From the NCBI GenBank assembly GCA_903850425.1, contig CAINLR010000083.1, positions 28,444 through 92,443 of the forward strand: 64,000 nucleotides of DNA, in the 5' to 3' direction. The stretch comes from an uncultured Verrucomicrobia subdivision 3 bacterium. Its GTDB lineage: Bacteria; Verrucomicrobiota; Verrucomicrobiia; Limisphaerales; UBA11358. The notes under the pieces are model-generated. The model saw nothing but the letters and a program-made list of their open reading frames with translations. It searched no databases and had not been told where the DNA came from. The translations under genes and the position numbers were made by a program. Shown in pieces: positions 60,174 through 64,000 of the stretch (its first letter is position 1; each line of letters begins with the position of its first letter).

Positions 60174-61648
60174 CGGTCCCACGCCACGATTTTTTTGGCG
60201 ACGTTCTGCCCGCACAACACGACCATCGGCATGCCGCCGCCGGGATTCACCGAGCCGCCGACGAAGAACAGGTTCGGGTAGAGCGTGCTTTGCTTCGGCG
60301 CTTTGAATGCGAGATTTTTCCAGCGGTCGCTGATGACGCCGTAGATGGAACCTTTGTTGGAGTTGTATTGCTTGCGGATGTCCAGCGGCGTCCAGACGTG
60401 CTCGAAGACGACGTGTTTCCGCAAATCTTTCAACCCCATCCGTTCCAACTTGTCGAGAATGCGCTCTTTGAGTTTCAAATAATCTTCGCGGGTCAGCGGA
60501 TGCGCGTCGTCAATGTAAGGAATGTGCGGGAGAATTTTGAGACAGTCGCAGCCCGCCGGCGCAACGGTCGGGTCGGTCTTGGACGCGGCGACGAGATAAA
60601 TGGTCGGGTCGTCGGGCAATTCATGTTTCTCAAAGACCTTGGCAAAATGTTCTTTCTGGTGGCCGCTAAAAAAAAAGTTGTGATGCGCCAGTTGCGGATA
60701 TTGACAGTCAAGGCCGAGGTCAATCACCAACCCAGAGCAGGCAGGTTCGAGTTTCTTTTCCAGCGACGCGATGAACTTTTTGTCCTCGCGCAGCAGCTTC
60801 TCGTAAGCGGGAATCACTTCCATGTTCGACACGATGATGTCGGCGGCGTGAAAGATTCCGTTCGCCACGAGGCCGGTGACGCGCCCGTTCTCCCGGCGGA
60901 CGTCGCTGACCTCGGCATTGAGGTTGACCTTGATGCCGAGTTCGTCCATGAGCCGCTTCAAGCCGCGCGCGATGTGGTAAAGCCCGCCGTCCACATACCA
61001 GAGGTCGTAGCGGAACTGGATGGTGGGCATGGCGTTCATGAACGCCGGCGCGCGATACGCGGACGAGCCGACGTATTTGATGAAGAAGTCAAAGATGTCG
61101 CGGAAGTAGCGCGTCTCCAGATGCGCCGCCACGCCTTGGTGCATCGTGCGAAACAGGTCGAACTGGAAAAACTTCCAGAGTCCGTAGTGCTTGGCGAAAC
61201 CGCGCCAGTTGTCCAAGCCCTGTTCAAAGTAGCCGTCGTTCGTGAGGTCGTAGAGCTTGGCGGAATATTTAAGAAACCGTTCGATGTTTTCCGGTGGTTC
61301 ACCGACCTTGCGCGCTTCGGCGGCCATTTTGTCCGGTTCGGGATACAAATCCAGCCGGACACCGTCCTCGAAAAAATTCCGCCAGTGCGGGCGCAGCGGG
61401 CGGATGGAAAAATAATCGGACATTTTCTTCCCGCTGCGCTCAAACAAGCGCTCGAAGATGTGCGGCAGCGTGAGGATGGACGGACCGAGGTCAAACGTGT
61501 AACCCTGATCCTTCAGCACGTTGAGCTTGCCGCCGATCTGCGCGTTCTTCTCAAAGATCTCGACGTCGTAGCCGGCTTGCTTCAGCGAGATGGCGGCGGA
61601 CAATCCGCCCAAGCCCGCGCCGATGACGATGATTTTTTTGCTGCTCAT
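60170..61648 (-). CDS. crtP: 4,4'-diapolycopene oxygenase (CrtP/CrtNb, phytoene desaturase family)
   Basis: IGAGLGGLSAAISL, FDLGPSILTLPHIF, HWRNFFEDG, FIKYVGSS, YPQLAHHNFF, GGSVNPGGGMPMV resemble Methylomonas CrtNb as I recall it. Confidence 0.8.
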   Translation of the reverse strand: MSSKKIIVIGAGLGGLSAAISLKQAGYDVEIFEKNAQIGGKLNVLKDQGYTFDLGPSILTLPHIFERLFERSGKKMSDYFSIRPLRPHWRNFFEDGVRLDLYPEPDKMAAEARKVGEPPENIERFLKYSAKLYDLTNDGYFEQGLDNWRGFAKHYGLWKFFQFDLFRTMHQGVAAHLETRYFRDIFDFFIKYVGSSAYRAPAFMNAMPTIQFRYDLWYVDGGLYHIARGLKRLMDELGIKVNLNAEVSDVRRENGRVTGLVANGIFHAADIIVSNMEVIPAYEKLLREDKKFIASLEKKLEPACSGLVIDLGLDCQYPQLAHHNFFFSGHQKEHFAKVFEKHELPDDPTIYLVAASKTDPTVAPAGCDCLKILPHIPYIDDAHPLTREDYLKLKERILDKLERMGLKDLRKHVVFEHVWTPLDIRKQYNSNKGSIYGVISDRWKNLAFKAPKQSTLYPNLFFVGGSVNPGGGMPMVVLCGQNVAKKIVAWDR

Positions 61649-62421
61649 TTTTCTTTTTTGGTGACGCGCTGGAGACCGACCTGCGCCAGCCCGTCTTGCG
61701 GGTGCATGGCCAGCGCCTTGCGGAAATAAACTTCCGCCTCCGCCCGCTGCCCCAGTTTTTCGTAGGAGGAACCGATGAAGGTCAGGCAACTGTCGTGGCC
61801 CCAGCGCGGTTCCAGCGCGGCCGCCGGTGTTTTGGCTTCGGCCTCAAAAAGCTTTTCCGCCGCGAGCAGGTTCGTCAGCGCCTCGCGCCGGGACGCATTT
61901 CGCAACGCGGTGTAAAACTGGCTCATGCCCAGCAGATATTGCACCCGGGGATTGTTGGCGCCAGTGGCCAGCGCCAGCTTGAGTTCCCGTTGCACGCGGG
62001 GACCGAGCCAGGCCGCGCGCAGAACATTGTCGCTGATCTTCATGCCATAAAGTGTGCCCAGCAAGGCGTGGCTTTCCGCATGGCTGCCGTCCAGTTTTAC
62101 CGCCTGCGTGAAGGCGTCCACCGCTGCGTCGAGCGCGGCCTTGCTAGCGGGTTTGTTCGTGGGGCTCGCCGGACGTCCGAGCAATTCCAGCAACCGGTGA
62201 AACTCGGCTGTGCCCAGCCAATAATAATTCGTCACCGTGGCTGAAGAGTTGGTGCAGGCGCGCTGAAAAAGGTTCACCGCCGTGGTAAAGCGGGCACCAT
62301 CCCAGTCTCGATAGGCGTTGGTGAATTCCACGATGCCCGTCCCGGTGAGTTTGTCCGCGTCCGAATTCGCGTGCACTCTGGGCGAGGCCAGCACCAGCAG
62401 GATGGCTAAAACACGAATCAT
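61645..62421 (-). CDS. Secreted TPR-containing protein
   Basis: Signal peptide (...SPRVHA|), TPR-like helices (AESHALLGTLYG, AEVYFRKALAMHP). Start moved to ~62421. Confidence 0.7.
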   Translation of the reverse strand: MIRVLAILLVLASPRVHANSDADKLTGTGIVEFTNAYRDWDGARFTTAVNLFQRACTNSSATVTNYYWLGTAEFHRLLELLGRPASPTNKPASKAALDAAVDAFTQAVKLDGSHAESHALLGTLYGMKISDNVLRAAWLGPRVQRELKLALATGANNPRVQYLLGMSQFYTALRNASRREALTNLLAAEKLFEAEAKTPAAALEPRWGHDSCLTFIGSSYEKLGQRAEAEVYFRKALAMHPQDGLAQVGLQRVTKKEK

Positions 62422-62467
62422 CACTTGACGAAGTATTGACAGGCAGGACAACGTAGCCAAGTCATTT

Positions 62468-63853
62468 ATGATTTCAGCGGACACCGTTCATCGCCAGCGC
62501 GCCTTTTTTGAAACGGGCGCGACGGGTGCGCTGGACTTCCGTCGGGCGCAACTCCAAAAATTTTCCGCCGCGCTGGAGCGGCATGAAGCCAGTTTGCTGG
62601 CCGCGCTGCAAGCCGACCTGCACAAATCTCCGTGCCAAGGTTACACGACGGAACTCGGCCTGGTGCAGGCGGAACTCCGCCACGCCCTGAAAAATCTCCG
62701 GCGCTGGACCGCCATCACGCGCCGGGCAACGCCCTGGTTTGTCGCGCCGGCGCGCGGCTGGACACAGTCCGAACCGTTCGGCGTGGCGCTCGTCCTCGGC
62801 CCGTGGAATTATCCGGTGCAACTGCTGCTCACGCCGCTGGTGAGCGCCCTCGCGGCGGGCAATTGCGCCGTGCTCAAACCGTCCGAACTCGCGCCGCGCA
62901 CGGCCGAAGCGATCACCGCGATGGTGGCGGAAACGTTCGCGCCGGAGTTGATTTCCGTGGTGAACGGCGGCGCGGATGCGGCGACGGCGTTGCTGAACGA
63001 GCGGTTTGATAAAATTTTTTTCACCGGCAGCACGCGCGTGGGCCGGGTGGTGATGGCGGCGGCGGCCAACCATCTGACGCCGGTGACGCTGGAACTGGGC
63101 GGCAAATGTCCGGCCATCGTGTGTGCCGACGCGGCCATCGAGCAGGCGGCGAGGCGCATCGCCTGGGGGAAATTCATGAACGCCGGGCAGACGTGCGTCG
63201 CGCCGGATTTCGTGTTGGTGGAACGCGGAGTGCGCGCGGCATTCGTGGCGGCGTTGAAAAAGTCATTGCGCGAATTTTACGCCGAGGACCCGAGCCGCAG
63301 CCCGGATTACGGACGTATCGTGAACGCGCGGCATTTTGACCGGCTCGTGAATTACTTGCGCGACGGCAAAATCATTCACGGCGGCGAACACGATGCGAAC
63401 GATTTGTTTCTCGCGCCGACCATTCTGACGGACGTGTCGCCGGAGTCGCCGGTGATGCAGGAGGAAATTTTCGGGCCAATCCTGCCCGTGTTGGAGTATG
63501 ACCGGCTGGACGATGCGCTCGCACTTCTTTTGTGCGGACGACCGGTGCCGTTGGCCTTGTATGTGTTCACGAACGATCGCGCGACGGAAGCAAAAGTGCT
63601 GGCCGAGGCGCGTTCCGGCGGCGTGTGCGTGAACGACGTGGTGGCGCACATGATCGGCACCGGGCTGCCGTTCGGCGGCTTGGGCGAGAGCGGCCTGGGC
63701 GCATATCACGGTCGCGCGGGGTTCGAGGCGTTCTCGCATCAACGGGCCGTGTTGCGCCGGGCGACGTGGCTGGACACGCCGTTCCGCTATCCGCCGCAAA
63801 CGCTTTCGCTGGCTGGTTTGAAGCGCGCGTTGAACTTTCTGCTGCGCGGCTGA
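62468..63853 (+). CDS. Aldehyde dehydrogenase (probable 4,4'-diapolycopenedial oxidase, Ald/CrtNc-like)
   Basis: PWNYP, KPSE.AP, FFTGS..VG, LELGGK.P, NAGQTCVAPD, EEIFGPILP, PFGG.G.SG.G.YHG; lies between crt genes. Confidence 0.9.
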   Translation: MISADTVHRQRAFFETGATGALDFRRAQLQKFSAALERHEASLLAALQADLHKSPCQGYTTELGLVQAELRHALKNLRRWTAITRRATPWFVAPARGWTQSEPFGVALVLGPWNYPVQLLLTPLVSALAAGNCAVLKPSELAPRTAEAITAMVAETFAPELISVVNGGADAATALLNERFDKIFFTGSTRVGRVVMAAAANHLTPVTLELGGKCPAIVCADAAIEQAARRIAWGKFMNAGQTCVAPDFVLVERGVRAAFVAALKKSLREFYAEDPSRSPDYGRIVNARHFDRLVNYLRDGKIIHGGEHDANDLFLAPTILTDVSPESPVMQEEIFGPILPVLEYDRLDDALALLLCGRPVPLALYVFTNDRATEAKVLAEARSGGVCVNDVVAHMIGTGLPFGGLGESGLGAYHGRAGFEAFSHQRAVLRRATWLDTPFRYPPQTLSLAGLKRALNFLLRG

Positions 63854-63890
63854 ACTTGCCGTGGCTGTGGATTTCAACTAATAAATGGAG

Positions 63891-64000
63891 ATGTCGCGTC
63901 GCGTAATTATCATCGGAGCCGGGCCGGGCGGTTTGGCCTCGGCCATGTTGCTAGCCAAGGCGGGGGCGGAGGTCACCATTCTGGAAAAGCAACCGCGCGT
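63891..64000 (+). CDS. crtN: Phytoene desaturase family protein (probable CrtN), 5' part only
   Basis: MSRRVIIIGAGPGGLASAMLLAKAGAEVTILEKQPR: FAD-binding GxGxGG motif; runs off the window. Confidence 0.7.
   Translation, partial: MSRRVIIIGAGPGGLASAMLLAKAGAEVTILEKQPR

Overview
GC-rich window from a Verrucomicrobiota genome, probably Pedosphaera/Limisphaerales-like. This is inferred from a PEP-CTERM protein, an Amuc_1098-1101-type pilus/secretin cluster, a DUF1559-type prepilin and Thr-Asn-rich secreted proteins. Four blocks are visible. (1) 1-3 kb: a DUF2723/TPR membrane glycosyltransferase-like gene that runs off the window and is absent from the ORF track, plus a PEP-CTERM gene. (2) 3.1-31.8 kb: a closely packed minus-strand run of pilM(N), Amuc_1100-like, Amuc_1099-like, a secretin split into two genes, a 5'-3' exonuclease, four large secreted proteins (one of 3076 aa), an S53 peptidase and coaE. 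Two proteins here appear split across adjacent genes, each second part starting with its own signal peptide: the secretin core, and a P-domain whose halves lie in the giant adhesin and in the S53 peptidase. (3) 37.7-54.1 kb: a ~16.3 kb integrative defence island in tRNA-Gly(TCC), bounded by a 31-bp att duplication. It carries a tyrosine integrase, CARF-wHTH, cas1, cas2, a 6-repeat CRISPR array fused by deletion to an hsdR stub, and a type I R-M operon. Between hsdS and hsdR sit six cargo genes, four of them directly preceded by a copy of the hsdS 3' end, giving a cassette-array-like pattern. (4) Housekeeping genes and a C30 carotenoid cluster (crtO, crtQ, crtP/crtNb, ald, crtN). All family calls come from motif recognition by eye; no database search was run.
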